Shown: in pieces, positions 35,236 through 45,767 of the stretch
How the letters are laid out: every line of letters starts with the position of its first letter
How positions within the stretch are numbered: position 1 is the stretch's first letter
Source of the DNA: an uncultured Pseudomonadales bacterium
GTDB lineage: Bacteria > Patescibacteriota > Microgenomatia > UBA1400 > PJMF01
DNA length: 64,000 nucleotides
Direction: 5' to 3'
Assembly: GCA_964412775.1 (NCBI GenBank)
Contig: CAYPPX010000002.1
Coordinates: 4,935-68,934, forward strand
The notes under the pieces: generated by a model
Databases searched by the model: none
Told to the model about the DNA's origin: nothing
What the model saw: only the letters and a program-made list of their open reading frames with translations
Made by a program: the position numbers and the translations under genes

Positions 35236-37319
35236 GGTTTAGTCGCTCCAGCAGTTGCTTCTACTTGGTGATATTTTTGCCAGAAACTCGGGTCATCAAC
35301 TGCTAAGTGTCTCAGAATAAAGCTAAATTGGTCAAGTGATTGTGTGGGTTGATGAGTTTCTGCATAGAGCATGGCTAATTCATCTCGAGCTTTAAGATAG
35401 TTGGGTTTGAGGAAAACAGCTTTTTCCAGTGATTGTTGAGCCTCCTCAAACTGTTGCATTTCTTTTTGGACTAAACCCAAGTTATAGTAAAGTTTAGCGT
35501 CATTAGGTGACAAAGCGATAGCTGATTTTAGGGTGTGTTCGGCATCTAGATAATATTTAGCATCAAGCTGAGCTAAGATCAGATAAACTCTAGCTCTAGT
35601 CTTATAAAAATTAAGATGTCTGGGGTTAAGTGATAAGGCATAGTTGGAGTTATCAATGGCAGCCTTAGTCAGTTTATCGGTCATTTCCGAGTTATTTAAA
35701 GTGTCATATTGGAAAGCCAGAATACTGTAAACGTCAGCAAATTCATCATAAAAAACTGCTTCTTTGGGTGATAAAGTAATCGCTTTTTCTAAAAGTTTGG
35801 CAGCCTCATAGTAGAGTGATTTTTCTTGTTTTTCTTTACTTTGTTTGTAGTAGCGATCAGCTAACCAAAAATTGCCGATTGAACTAAGTGTTTTTAGGCC
35901 AAAACCAGCTACGACTAAGATTAATAAATATTGCCACCATAACAGGGGTTGGTTGGTTGGTGAAGAAAGTTTCGTCACTGATGTTGATTTGGTTTTATTC
36001 TTGTTGTTTGGTTTGTTGAGTTGGTTGTTGTCTAAAGTGATTATTGGTAAGGTGAAGATGAGGAGGTTGGTAACAGCAATCGAGAAACCAAAAAAGTGAA
36101 CAGCTGATAAACCGATTAAACTAGCCAATACCACCCAACTAGAGTTGGCCCATGATTTATATTTTTTGCCGTTTTGCCACAAGTAGGCGATAGTGCCACC
36201 CAAAAAAACTAGGTAAGTTACTAGGCCAACAATGCCTGTTTCAGCCAAGTAATTTAGAAATTCATTGTGAGCTTTGTTGTAAAGAAAGTCCCACTCAGAG
36301 ACTAAGTTATGTTCAATCGGTCGGTCTAAGTAAAAACTATAAGCAAAAGTAGCTGGCCCAGAGCCAAAAATTGGGTAACGTTGCCAGACTTTAATTGCAC
36401 CGTCCCAAACAATCGATCTAATAGAAAAAGAATCAGTACCTTGAGAAAGATCAAGGGAGTTCAAATCGTTGACAGTTCTCTGGTGAAGAAGAAAACTCCC
36501 TCCGATACTACTCAGTATAACCAAAGTTACTATCAAAGGCAAAACTAGTCGATGTTGCAAGGTTATTTGGATTGTTGGTGATTTTTTATAAATGAATAAC
36601 AAAAATAGAGTCGCCAAAACTAGAATTAAGCCACCCAAGCCAGACTTTGATTTGGTAAACAAGATGGCAAGTGTAGCCAATACTAAGATGATTTCCCAAA
36701 TAAATTTTAAATTTTTTTGGTACTGATCTCGTAGAAAGAAAATGATTGGGATGGAGCCAATGATGTAACTGGCGAGCCAGTTGGGTTGACCAAAAGTGCC
36801 AAAAATTCTGGCTTGAACATCTTGTTTCCAACAAGCAGTGTTAAACTCTTGTTTCATAATGATACAACTGGGAGAGATGCCAAAGTGTTCTGGCAAGGCA
36901 TATAAGATGGTCAAAACCAGGCCCAAACCATGACTAATAAAGAATGTTAGAAGTTTCTTTCTAGGTACATTGTTCCATAGGCCAAGAGCTAAAACCGAGA
37001 AAGCCAAAGATGATAACAAACCACCATTGAGTCGACTATAGTAACCCCAGATGGAGGTTGGTAAATGAATGGAAAAAATTGTTGAGAGCATTTGGCCAGC
37101 TAGAAAGATTAAATTAAGAGTAACTAGGGGATGTTGTTGCCAGTAAAGTTTTTTTTCAGTAATTGATCTGATTAGCCATAATGAACCAATTAAGGTTGCC
37201 ATTACATAAATAAATAGCATTTTGTTTAGTTCAAACAATTCGCTGTGACCCCAGAAAAATAATAGAGGAGAAGTTAGGAACAATGCATGGTAAAGGAAAC
37301 TAATCAGTTGGACGAACAT
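35232..37319 (-). CDS. O-antigen ligase/polymerase-like polytopic membrane protein fused to C-terminal TPR repeats
   Basis: ~12 TM N-terminal half with a Wzy_C-like loop, then a TM-rich linker and repeated TPR-like helical pairs in the C-terminal ~200 aa. Confidence 0.6.
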   Translation of the reverse strand: MFVQLISFLYHALFLTSPLLFFWGHSELFELNKMLFIYVMATLIGSLWLIRSITEKKLYWQQHPLVTLNLIFLAGQMLSTIFSIHLPTSIWGYYSRLNGGLLSSLAFSVLALGLWNNVPRKKLLTFFISHGLGLVLTILYALPEHFGISPSCIIMKQEFNTACWKQDVQARIFGTFGQPNWLASYIIGSIPIIFFLRDQYQKNLKFIWEIILVLATLAILFTKSKSGLGGLILVLATLFLLFIYKKSPTIQITLQHRLVLPLIVTLVILSSIGGSFLLHQRTVNDLNSLDLSQGTDSFSIRSIVWDGAIKVWQRYPIFGSGPATFAYSFYLDRPIEHNLVSEWDFLYNKAHNEFLNYLAETGIVGLVTYLVFLGGTIAYLWQNGKKYKSWANSSWVVLASLIGLSAVHFFGFSIAVTNLLIFTLPIITLDNNQLNKPNNKNKTKSTSVTKLSSPTNQPLLWWQYLLILVVAGFGLKTLSSIGNFWLADRYYKQSKEKQEKSLYYEAAKLLEKAITLSPKEAVFYDEFADVYSILAFQYDTLNNSEMTDKLTKAAIDNSNYALSLNPRHLNFYKTRARVYLILAQLDAKYYLDAEHTLKSAIALSPNDAKLYYNLGLVQKEMQQFEEAQQSLEKAVFLKPNYLKARDELAMLYAETHQPTQSLDQFSFILRHLAVDDPSFWQKYHQVEATAGATKP

Positions 37320-37413
37320 TGTTGTATTGTAACCTTATAATTGCGTCTTTAGTTAATAGGCAGTTTTCTGGTATATTAAGCAGACTGTTAGTAGCTAATT
37401 TACTTGAGAAAAT

Positions 37414-38439
37414 ATGTCAGATCCTGCCTTAAATAATCAAAACCAATCATATGTTGATTCTTATGTACCACCAACGAGTGGTCAAATGAGTGCTAATTCA
37501 GCTTCAGTTACTTCAATGCCGGTTGCCTCAACCAATGATCCGTTAAAGAAACTAGAAGAGTTAGTGGCTGAGTTTGAAAATAAAAAAGATGAAAAAAAAG
37601 CTGACCAGCTTAAAGATCTTAAATCACTAGAAGCTGCTGCTTCTAAGCCAACGGGTGGTTCCGACTCAATGTCTAAACCAGATACTACTCAAGCCACAGA
37701 TCCTTTAGCTGAATTAGAAAAAGCTTTAGATGAATATGAGAAGAAGTATAAAGATCGAGTGGCTGCAGCAAACCCAACAGTCAGTCATAGTGGAGATAAA
37801 GCGATTGGACTTGGTCAAGCATTAGACCAGGTTAAAGCTAAAGCACCGGTTCTACCAGTTGGTCCAACTTCTGATTCTACAGATAAAGTTTCTTTGAAGG
37901 ATTTAGAAAAAGCAGTAACTGAGTTTGAACAACAAACAACTGATCAAGATAAACTTGTTACTCCGGTTCTAGAGCAAACTCCAAGCAAAGTGAGTGCTAA
38001 TGATACCGATGAATCAATTGATGAGCAAAACATTTTTGATTTGCTGGGGGTTAGTGATGCTTCAGATCAAGAAAAAGAGGCTTTCTTGGACGAACTCCAA
38101 CAAGCTCTTTGGGAGGACTTTTTAGAAAAAGACTTAATTCTTTTGGTTAGTGAGCAAGAAATGTTGGAGTTGGATAAAATTAAAACCAGTACCGGATTAA
38201 GTGAAGAACAAAGACAAGCTCAATTAATTGCTAAAATTGAGCAGTTAGTGCCAGATATTGAAGAAATCATGCTTGAAAAAGCTCTAGAACTAAAAGAAGA
38301 TATGGTTTTAGAGAGACTTCAAGGAATTAGAGAAAGTTTCCAACAAGCCAACCAAAATGAAGCTCAACTAGATATCGTTGCTGATCACTTCAAAAATGGT
38401 CGCTGGAAAACTGGCACTCAACTTTTGAACTCACTCTAA
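37414..38439 (+). CDS. hypothetical acidic coiled-coil protein (341 aa)
   Basis: ORF; Glu/Asp/Lys-rich, predicted helical; no family recognised. Confidence 0.45.
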   Translation: MSDPALNNQNQSYVDSYVPPTSGQMSANSASVTSMPVASTNDPLKKLEELVAEFENKKDEKKADQLKDLKSLEAAASKPTGGSDSMSKPDTTQATDPLAELEKALDEYEKKYKDRVAAANPTVSHSGDKAIGLGQALDQVKAKAPVLPVGPTSDSTDKVSLKDLEKAVTEFEQQTTDQDKLVTPVLEQTPSKVSANDTDESIDEQNIFDLLGVSDASDQEKEAFLDELQQALWEDFLEKDLILLVSEQEMLELDKIKTSTGLSEEQRQAQLIAKIEQLVPDIEEIMLEKALELKEDMVLERLQGIRESFQQANQNEAQLDIVADHFKNGRWKTGTQLLNSL

Positions 38440-38483
38440 TTTTGTTTGTTATTTTTGGTTAACTCTGCTAATCTCAAATAGAG

Positions 38484-39356
38484 ATGAAAAGGTTTAGTGT
38501 TACTAATTTATTTACCCCAAAAGCTACGACTCATAATCAATCACTATTTTGGTTGAGTGGCCAACAACTTAAATTGGTGACTGGTAATAAACGTAGTGTT
38601 CACCAGCTAGCTGACAACAGTGGATTTTTGGCTAATAAAGTTGCTGATTTTTCCTTAGCTTTAGAGACTTTGAGAAATGTTTGTCAGACAAGTGGCTTAA
38701 AATTTATTAACTTGTGGTTTAGAAACAAGGCGATTGTTTTTATACCGACAGATAGCTCACCTTTGGAAAAAAAGCTTTTTCAGCAATTATTTAATCAGTT
38801 GGGGTTTAACCAACTAGAACTGAGAAAATATGAGACTGCTTTTAGAGCCTTTTTAGCCAAACAAGACTATGAAAAAGGTTGTTTTGTTTATGTTGGTCAG
38901 GAAGTAAGTGAAATTGGAGTTTTTGCCAGTAACGATCAACAGAGTTTTAATATCTACTACTCTCTTCAAGAAGCAATTGAAGAAACAATTTATTTTTTTA
39001 GAGAAAAACATCTTTTAGAGTTGTCAAACAAAGTTGCTTACAAACTTTACCAAGAGTTGGGTTTACAGGGAGAAAAGTTTTCTTTAGTAGTCCGAGGGCG
39101 CAATAGTCGTAACAAAGAGTTGCAAACAGCTAGTTTCATGTTTAAAGATGTTGAACCACTTTATTCTTTTTTACAGAAAAAAATCAGTCAAGAAATCGAT
39201 TCAGTTAGACAAAATAATTTATTTAAGCAGTTTGTTCCAGATAAGTGGGTAGTGTTGGGTGATGATTTTTTTCAAGCTACCCTCGAAAAAATGGGTGAAA
39301 AAACTCTTCAGCTAAAGTCTGAGTTCGATCTAATGCAAGGTATTGAATGGTTATGA
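38484..39356 (+). CDS. divergent MreB/actin-like protein with degenerate nucleotide-binding motifs
   Basis: Aligns with MreB blocks. IVFIPTDSSPLEKKLFQQLFNQLGF matches VIAVPSGITEVEKRAVREAAEQAG. CFVYVGQEVSEIGVF matches MVVDIGGGTTEVAVI. KWVVLGDDFFQATLEKMGE matches MVLTGGGALLRNLDRLLME. The phosphate-1/2 and adenosine motifs are not conserved. Confidence 0.45.
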   Translation: MKRFSVTNLFTPKATTHNQSLFWLSGQQLKLVTGNKRSVHQLADNSGFLANKVADFSLALETLRNVCQTSGLKFINLWFRNKAIVFIPTDSSPLEKKLFQQLFNQLGFNQLELRKYETAFRAFLAKQDYEKGCFVYVGQEVSEIGVFASNDQQSFNIYYSLQEAIEETIYFFREKHLLELSNKVAYKLYQELGLQGEKFSLVVRGRNSRNKELQTASFMFKDVEPLYSFLQKKISQEIDSVRQNNLFKQFVPDKWVVLGDDFFQATLEKMGEKTLQLKSEFDLMQGIEWL

Positions 39357-40126
39357 AAAAACGCTTGTTTTTACTAGCTAGCTGGGAGCAGATTACCATC
39401 ATTGGGGTAGTATTATTGATTATGGAGTTGTTGGGCTTAGTTAGGCCGGTTCAAGGTTTTTTATTTAATAAGATATTTGTTCCTGGTCAAAATTTGGTAG
39501 TAGGTATTACTAATCAGTCATTAACTAACCTGTATGCTGTTAGAAAAGTTTTTAATTCTGCTGTTCACATTCGTGATTTAGAAGCAAGACTAGCTGAATC
39601 GACAGCAGCTTTAACAGAGCTACAAACACTCAAAAAAGAAAACCAAGAACTAAGGTTTTTATTGGAAAATACTGATCGACCCCAGACTAGAACTTATCTG
39701 ACTAGACCAGTGGTTTCATTAACCAAACCAGCAATTGCTGGTGGTCAAGATTTACAATTGGCAGTTGGTTCATTAGTGCTGAGTAGAGAAACCTTGTTAG
39801 GTCAATTGAGCAAGATTAACCAATATGAATCTCAGGTGACTTTACTTCACGAAAAGGAGGCTACACCTATTTTAGCCAAGACTGAATCTGGAGTAATGGG
39901 CATTATTAGAGGTGATGGTAAAAAAATATTATTAACTGAAGTGGCCAAAACTGATCAACTAGTTGTGGGTGAAAAAGTTTATAGTTTGGGTCAGAATCAG
40001 GTTGAGCAGGGGGTATTGATTGGTCAAATTTCTTTTATCAATCAAGATTTGACTAGTTCAGTACAAACAGCGGTGGTTGATCAGTACGTATCTTTTTTTG
40101 AAACTGCAGTTGTGGAGGTGAGATGA
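39347..40126 (+). CDS. mreC: rod shape-determining protein MreC
   Basis: N-terminal TM, coiled-coil (LQTLKKENQELRFLLEN), beta-rich C-terminal domain; followed by mreD and PBP2. Confidence 0.7.
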   Translation: MVMKKRLFLLASWEQITIIGVVLLIMELLGLVRPVQGFLFNKIFVPGQNLVVGITNQSLTNLYAVRKVFNSAVHIRDLEARLAESTAALTELQTLKKENQELRFLLENTDRPQTRTYLTRPVVSLTKPAIAGGQDLQLAVGSLVLSRETLLGQLSKINQYESQVTLLHEKEATPILAKTESGVMGIIRGDGKKILLTEVAKTDQLVVGEKVYSLGQNQVEQGVLIGQISFINQDLTSSVQTAVVDQYVSFFETAVVEVR

Positions 40127-40557
40127 TGAAATGGCGCAGTATTGGTCGATTGAGTTTACACTTACTATTATTATTAGGCTTATTGATCATTGAGTCGACC
40201 ATGGGTCTGCCTTGGTTAAGTATTTTTTTTATTCAACAAATTATTATTCGATCTTCAACTCTTTCTGCTTGGGTTATCACCATTAGTCTAAGTTTCTTGC
40301 TCAGTACAGCTTTTGCCAATTCTTTGTTGCTGGTCTTTGGTTTGTTAGTTTTTCTTTGGTTATACCAAAACATCCGTAGTGTGAGCTGGTGGCTAGTTTA
40401 TTTGCTAACGGTATTAGTTATTGGTTACCCCAGTTTGGTTCATTTTTCATGGCTGGTTGTTGGCCAAAGTTTCTTGAGTTTAGGTTTATTATTGATTTAT
40501 ACCAAGGGGATTATTTGGTGGCCAAAAATATGGAAAAACAACGAAAAAATAGTTTAG
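40123..40557 (+). CDS. mreD: rod shape-determining protein MreD
   Basis: 144 aa, 4-5 TM helices, ATGATG overlap with mreC stop, immediately upstream of PBP2. Confidence 0.55.
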   Translation: MMKWRSIGRLSLHLLLLLGLLIIESTMGLPWLSIFFIQQIIIRSSTLSAWVITISLSFLLSTAFANSLLLVFGLLVFLWLYQNIRSVSWWLVYLLTVLVIGYPSLVHFSWLVVGQSFLSLGLLLIYTKGIIWWPKIWKNNEKIV

Positions 40558-42392
40558 TCAGCATAATTTTTTTGAGTTTGTTGTTAGCTTTAAGTTTACT
40601 AGCTTTTAGAGTGATTGATTTGCAAGCTTTTCAAGGTCAGTGGTTTGCTGATATTTCTTACCAGAATCGGCTTTTTAGAACTGAGATTCCAGCAGAACGG
40701 GGAGTTTTTTTAGATCGTTATGGAGATTTATTAGTAGTTAATCAACGGGCTTATCACCAAATTTCCGAACCCACTGCTCTTTATCCTCAGACTCAACCAA
40801 TTACCAGAGATCAAGCTTTGGAGTTAACTATTACTCAACCTTTTTCAGTTAATTATTCTTTACAACGTCAGTATTTGAGGCCATTTTCAATGGCTCACGT
40901 TTTGGGTTATGTGACTGGGGTGACAGCCGAGGATTTGCAACAAGATAACCAATATAAATTGACTGATTCAGTGGGGAGAGCTGGACTAGAATCTTACTTT
41001 AATGATTTAGTTAAAGGTAGAAAAGGTTTCCGAGAGTATGAAATCAATGCTTTGGGCAAAAAACTAACCGAAGCTAAATTTGAACCACCAGTTCAAGGCA
41101 GAAACCTTCAGACATCTTTGGACCCATATTTATCAACAGTTGCCTGGCGGGCAATGGGTGATAAAACTGGTTCAGTAGTTATTCTCGATCCAGAAACAGG
41201 CAAGGTTTTAGCTTTAGTTAGTACACCAGCTTTTGATAGCAACCTTTTTAGTCCTTCAAACATAGCTACTGAACAAGAAACCAAACTCAGTGAGTTGAGG
41301 TTTGCTTTAGCAGATGAGAAAAGATTATTTTTTAATCGGTCAGTGCATGGGACTTATCCTCCAGGCTCGATTTTTAAACTAGTCACAGCGCTAGCTGGTT
41401 TGGAATCAGGGGCTTTTGATACTACCACCGAGGTTGATGACCAAGGTATTTTGGAAGTAGGCGAATATCGTTATGCTAACTGGTATTACACTCAGTATGG
41501 TCGCACTGAAGGTCTAATTTCTTTGGTGAAGGCAATTGCCAGAAGTAATGATACTTATTTTTACAAAGCTGCCGAGTTGTTGGGTGTTGATAATTTAGTT
41601 AAACAAGCTGAGTTAATGGGGTTTGGTCAGCCAACTGGCATTGAGCTAGCTGGTGAAAGAGCTGGTTTAGTCCCCAATCCAAGTTGGAAAGAAAAAACTT
41701 TGGGTGAAAAGTGGTTTTTGGGAAATACTTTTCATTTAGGCATTGGTCAAGGTGATTTGTTGGTTACGCCTTTGCAGCAGGCTCAAATGTTGCAGGTTTT
41801 TGCTAATCATGGACATTTGTGTAAACCAAGTTTACTGGCTGATTCACAAGCTGTTAATTGTAGTTCGATTGGGGTTAGTGAGGCTCATTTACTAGCGGTT
41901 GAACAGGGTATGATTGAGGCTTGTTCAACTGGTGGCACAGCTTATCCATTTTTCTCTTGGAATCAACAGCAAACTAGCCGGTTGGAGCAAAACTTGCCAG
42001 CTAATAAGCTAATTGATAATGGAGTAGTAGCTTGTAAAACTGGGACTGCTGAGTTTGGGGGTGAAGATGAACGTGGTTATCGTAAAACTCATGCTTGGTT
42101 TGGGATGACAGTTGGTGGTTTAGATCAATTATTGGCTCCAGAACTCCAAGTTTTGGGGGTTAACACTGAGAGTAAGTCAGTAGCAGTGGATGTCACTGCT
42201 GAGGCTGATCGAGATTTACAACTAGAGAGACAAACTTGGTTGAAAAAAGTTCAGGCTCATGGCTTTCCTGATAGCTTAGTTATAGTGGTGTTGGTGGAAA
42301 GTGATGAAGAACAACCTTATCGAGAAGGTTCTAGAGACGCTGCTCCAGTGGCCCAGACGATTTGGCAGTGGTTACTAGGGGAAAATAATTAA
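40530..42392 (+). CDS. mrdA: penicillin-binding protein 2 (elongasome transpeptidase)
   Basis: Start moved to internal ATG (MEKQRKN) since ORF-track start 40389 lies inside mreD. TM anchor, dimerisation domain and transpeptidase SxxK (GSIFKLVTA). Confidence 0.8.
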   Translation: MEKQRKNSLVSIIFLSLLLALSLLAFRVIDLQAFQGQWFADISYQNRLFRTEIPAERGVFLDRYGDLLVVNQRAYHQISEPTALYPQTQPITRDQALELTITQPFSVNYSLQRQYLRPFSMAHVLGYVTGVTAEDLQQDNQYKLTDSVGRAGLESYFNDLVKGRKGFREYEINALGKKLTEAKFEPPVQGRNLQTSLDPYLSTVAWRAMGDKTGSVVILDPETGKVLALVSTPAFDSNLFSPSNIATEQETKLSELRFALADEKRLFFNRSVHGTYPPGSIFKLVTALAGLESGAFDTTTEVDDQGILEVGEYRYANWYYTQYGRTEGLISLVKAIARSNDTYFYKAAELLGVDNLVKQAELMGFGQPTGIELAGERAGLVPNPSWKEKTLGEKWFLGNTFHLGIGQGDLLVTPLQQAQMLQVFANHGHLCKPSLLADSQAVNCSSIGVSEAHLLAVEQGMIEACSTGGTAYPFFSWNQQQTSRLEQNLPANKLIDNGVVACKTGTAEFGGEDERGYRKTHAWFGMTVGGLDQLLAPELQVLGVNTESKSVAVDVTAEADRDLQLERQTWLKKVQAHGFPDSLVIVVLVESDEEQPYREGSRDAAPVAQTIWQWLLGENN

Positions 42393-42422
42393 ATAGTCAG
42401 TTTTACTTGTTAAAGTTGTTTT

Positions 42423-43541
42423 ATGGTTTATTCAAAAGAGTTTTTGGTAGCTCTTTATTGCTTAGATGGAGTGGGGGTAAAGCATTTTTGGCAGATTATT
42501 AATAGCCTAACTAAAGCCGAAGTTTCAGAAAATGATTTTTGGGTCAATAAGGGCCAGATTTGGCAAAAAATATCGCTGAATAAAAAAATTGAAGAATCAA
42601 TTTATAAATTTAATAAAGAACATAATAGCTATTCTTTTTTCGAGCAAATTATTAGTAAATATATTCGGGTGGTCTTGGCCACAGAGTCGGAATATCCCAG
42701 CCTACTCAAACAGCTAGATTTTCATCCACCTTTAATTTTTATTAAAGGGGCAACTTTGAAGTTGGCTCCAGCTTTAGCGGTCATTGGCAGTAGAAAAATT
42801 ACACCTTATGGTAAACAAGTAATTGATTATTTAGTTCCAGGATTAGCTGAAAGGTGGACAATCGTCTCTGGTTTTATGTATGGAGTTGATGTTTATGCCC
42901 AACAGGTGGCTCTTAAGACTAGTGGTTATACGGTTGGAATACTGGGATTTGGTTTTGACTATATGTACCCAGCTCACCAGAAAAAGTTAATGGCAGAGTT
43001 TCTAGCTAGTGGAGCAAGTTTTATCTCTCCATTTGCCCCTCATGTGGCACCAAAGCCAGGAAATTTTCCGGCTAGAAATAGAGTTGTTGCTGGTATTACT
43101 GCTGGTTTATGTGTGATTGAAGCAGCCAAGGAGAGTGGTAGCTTATTGACTGCTAGTTACGCTGCTGATTTAGGTCGAGATGTTTGGGCGGTACCAGGGT
43201 CGATTTTTAGTCCTTTTTCAGCTGGTGTTCAAGCTTTATTAAACCAAGGCGCTAGTTTAGTAAGAGAGGCTAGCGATATTAACTCAGTGTTGGGAGAGGT
43301 TTTGGGTAGTCGACCAACTACTTCTTCTCCTGATTTAGCCAGTAAGTTGTCACTACAAAATTTTATCCTAAATTCTCAAGAACAATTGATTTTAGACTTA
43401 CTTCAAGCTCAAGCTGCTAGCACTGATGAACTGTTGAGCAAAACTCAGCTGACTTTAACTGAGTTACAATTAAGTTTATTTAACTTACAACTAAAAAATC
43501 TAGTCGAAGAGCAAGGAATTTATTGGTTTTCTCGAGTTTGA
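42423..43541 (+). CDS. dprA: DNA processing protein DprA/Smf
   Basis: LAVIGSRKITPYG...IVSGFMYGVD...NRVVAGIT...GSLLTA Rossmann-like DprA core. Confidence 0.8.
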   Translation: MVYSKEFLVALYCLDGVGVKHFWQIINSLTKAEVSENDFWVNKGQIWQKISLNKKIEESIYKFNKEHNSYSFFEQIISKYIRVVLATESEYPSLLKQLDFHPPLIFIKGATLKLAPALAVIGSRKITPYGKQVIDYLVPGLAERWTIVSGFMYGVDVYAQQVALKTSGYTVGILGFGFDYMYPAHQKKLMAEFLASGASFISPFAPHVAPKPGNFPARNRVVAGITAGLCVIEAAKESGSLLTASYAADLGRDVWAVPGSIFSPFSAGVQALLNQGASLVREASDINSVLGEVLGSRPTTSSPDLASKLSLQNFILNSQEQLILDLLQAQAASTDELLSKTQLTLTELQLSLFNLQLKNLVEEQGIYWFSRV

Positions 43542-43593
43542 ACCGATTAGTTGTTAGGCAAAATTTGCCAGATAGTGTATAGTCGTTGTTTGT

Positions 43594-45762
43594 ATGTCCA
43601 GTCAAAAATCTAAGCTAGTTATTGTTGAGTCTCCGACCAAAGCCAGAAAATTACGGGGTTATTTAGATAAAAACTATATTATTGAGGCTTCAGTTGGTCA
43701 CATCAGAGATCTGCCATCAAAAAAATTGGGAGTTGATTTAGCCAATAATTTTGAACCAGAATACGAAGTGAATCCAGATAAGAAAAAAGTTTTAACTGCT
43801 CTAAAAAAAGCCGCCCAACAATCTGATACTGTTTATTTGGCAATGGATCCTGACCGTGAGGGGGAGGCGATTGCTTGGCATGTTAAGCATTTATTGGCTG
43901 ATAAAAATCAATCGCTCAAGTTTGTTCGATCTACTTTTCATGAAATTACTAAAGACGCTGTTTTAAAGGCAATTGCCAACCCAGGAGAGATTATTTCTGA
44001 CTTGGTGGATGCTCAACAAGCTCGGAGAGTGGTCGATCGCTTGGTGGGTTATAAAGTTTCTCCAGTTTTATGGAAGAAAGTTCGCCGAGGTTTGTCTGCT
44101 GGCAGAGTCCAATCAGTGGCTTTACGATTAATTGCTGAACGAGAAAAAGAGATTGCTGCTTTTATACCAGAAGAATATTGGGAGGTAATGGTTGGTTTGA
44201 ATACTGAAGATAAAACTTTGAAAACCTTTGACCAAGAGGGTAAAGAGTTAAAGGAATTACCCGCTAGTGTTTTTATTGCCCAAGTGACTGATTGGCAAAA
44301 AAAGAAATATGAACCTAAAAAAGAAGCTGATGTCACTGACGTAACCAAGTTTTTGGCTCAGGCTAAATATGTAGTTAAAGATATCGAACAAAAACAACGT
44401 AAACGTCAAAGTTTACCACCATTTACTACATCAACACTGCAACAGGCCGCTGCTAATAAGTTTGGTTATTCATCCAAACAAACGATGGCTTTGGCCCAAC
44501 AACTTTATGAAGAAGGTTTAATTACTTATCATCGTACTGATTCGGTTAACTTAGCTGGAGAAGCGATCGCTTCGGCAAGAGAATTAATTGCTAGTAAATT
44601 TGGTAACAAATTTTTACCAACCCAACCAAGAATTTTTGCTACCAAATCAAAAAATGCCCAAGAAGCTCACGAAGCGATTAGACCAACTCATGCTGAGCAA
44701 TTGCCAGAGCAAGTGACTGGGTTAACTCCACAACAAGCCAAACTTTATGACCTAATTTGGCGCAGGTTTATTGCTTCACAGATGGAGTCGGCTGTTTATC
44801 AACAAACTAAAGTAGTAGTTGAAGCTAAAGATGCTCAACATCAAGCTTTGCTCCAAGCTAACGGCTCGATCAAAGAGTTTGCTGGTTGGACTGAGTTGTT
44901 TGCTGGTAATGGTGACACTTTGCTTCCAAATTTAACTAAAAACCAAGATCTATATAAAGCTGATTTAGCGGCTAACCAAAAATTTACCCAACCACCAGCA
45001 AGATATAATGATGCCTCTTTGGTTAAAGAGTTGGAAAAGCGTGGGATTGGTCGCCCAAGTACTTATGCCAGTATTATTTCCGTGATTGTTGATCGTGGTT
45101 ATGTGGAGAGACAAGATAAAAGATTTTTTGCGACCAAGATTGGCATTGTGGTGAGTGATTTCTTATTGAAGAATTTCCCAGAAATCATGAACTATGATTT
45201 TACTGCTGAGATGGAAGAAGACTTAGATCGAATTGCTCGTGGTGAGAAGGAATGGAAAAAAGTAGTTAAAACCTTCTTTAATCCTTTGGCTGAAAAAATT
45301 AAAGAAGTAGAAAAAGATGCTGATCGAGCAGAGATTCCAGTCGAAAAAACTGGTTTACCCTGTCCAGACTGTGGTCAGACCGAAAAAGGTGAAATCGTGA
45401 TTCGAGATGGTCGGTTTGGTCGTTTTAAGAGCTGCAGTCGTTATCCAGAATGTAAGTTTACTGAGAATATTGTTGAAAAACTTGAAGGTCAGCTCTGCCC
45501 CCTGTGTCAAAAAGGTGATATTGTGATTAAGCCGAGTCGTTGGGGTAAATCATTCTTTGGTTGTGGTAACTACCCAGAATGTGATTGGGCTAGTTGGGGT
45601 AAGCCTGAGCCTGATTTTAGAATCTCGAAAATGGAGTGGGAAGCTCAAAAAAAGGCTAGAGAAGAACGAAAAAAGAAACGTTTCGGTGATAAAAATAATA
45701 CTGACAAGAAAAAATCGACTAAAACTAAGGCTAAAAAGACTAGTAAGAAAAAGAAGGTTTAA
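43594..45762 (+). CDS. topA: DNA topoisomerase I
   Basis: TOPRIM (LVIVESPTKA...GHIRDL, DPDREGE), catalytic Tyr region, C-terminal Cys4 zinc ribbons and a Lys-rich tail; conserved dprA-topA synteny. Confidence 0.9.
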   Translation: MSSQKSKLVIVESPTKARKLRGYLDKNYIIEASVGHIRDLPSKKLGVDLANNFEPEYEVNPDKKKVLTALKKAAQQSDTVYLAMDPDREGEAIAWHVKHLLADKNQSLKFVRSTFHEITKDAVLKAIANPGEIISDLVDAQQARRVVDRLVGYKVSPVLWKKVRRGLSAGRVQSVALRLIAEREKEIAAFIPEEYWEVMVGLNTEDKTLKTFDQEGKELKELPASVFIAQVTDWQKKKYEPKKEADVTDVTKFLAQAKYVVKDIEQKQRKRQSLPPFTTSTLQQAAANKFGYSSKQTMALAQQLYEEGLITYHRTDSVNLAGEAIASARELIASKFGNKFLPTQPRIFATKSKNAQEAHEAIRPTHAEQLPEQVTGLTPQQAKLYDLIWRRFIASQMESAVYQQTKVVVEAKDAQHQALLQANGSIKEFAGWTELFAGNGDTLLPNLTKNQDLYKADLAANQKFTQPPARYNDASLVKELEKRGIGRPSTYASIISVIVDRGYVERQDKRFFATKIGIVVSDFLLKNFPEIMNYDFTAEMEEDLDRIARGEKEWKKVVKTFFNPLAEKIKEVEKDADRAEIPVEKTGLPCPDCGQTEKGEIVIRDGRFGRFKSCSRYPECKFTENIVEKLEGQLCPLCQKGDIVIKPSRWGKSFFGCGNYPECDWASWGKPEPDFRISKMEWEAQKKAREERKKKRFGDKNNTDKKKSTKTKAKKTSKKKKV

Positions 45763-45767
45763 ATTTT

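Noticed and set aside
40389-40529. Upstream extension of the PBP2 ORF
   Set aside because: The extension lies entirely within mreD in another frame. The internal ATG at 40530 is followed by a canonical TM anchor and gives a normal PBP2 N-terminus.
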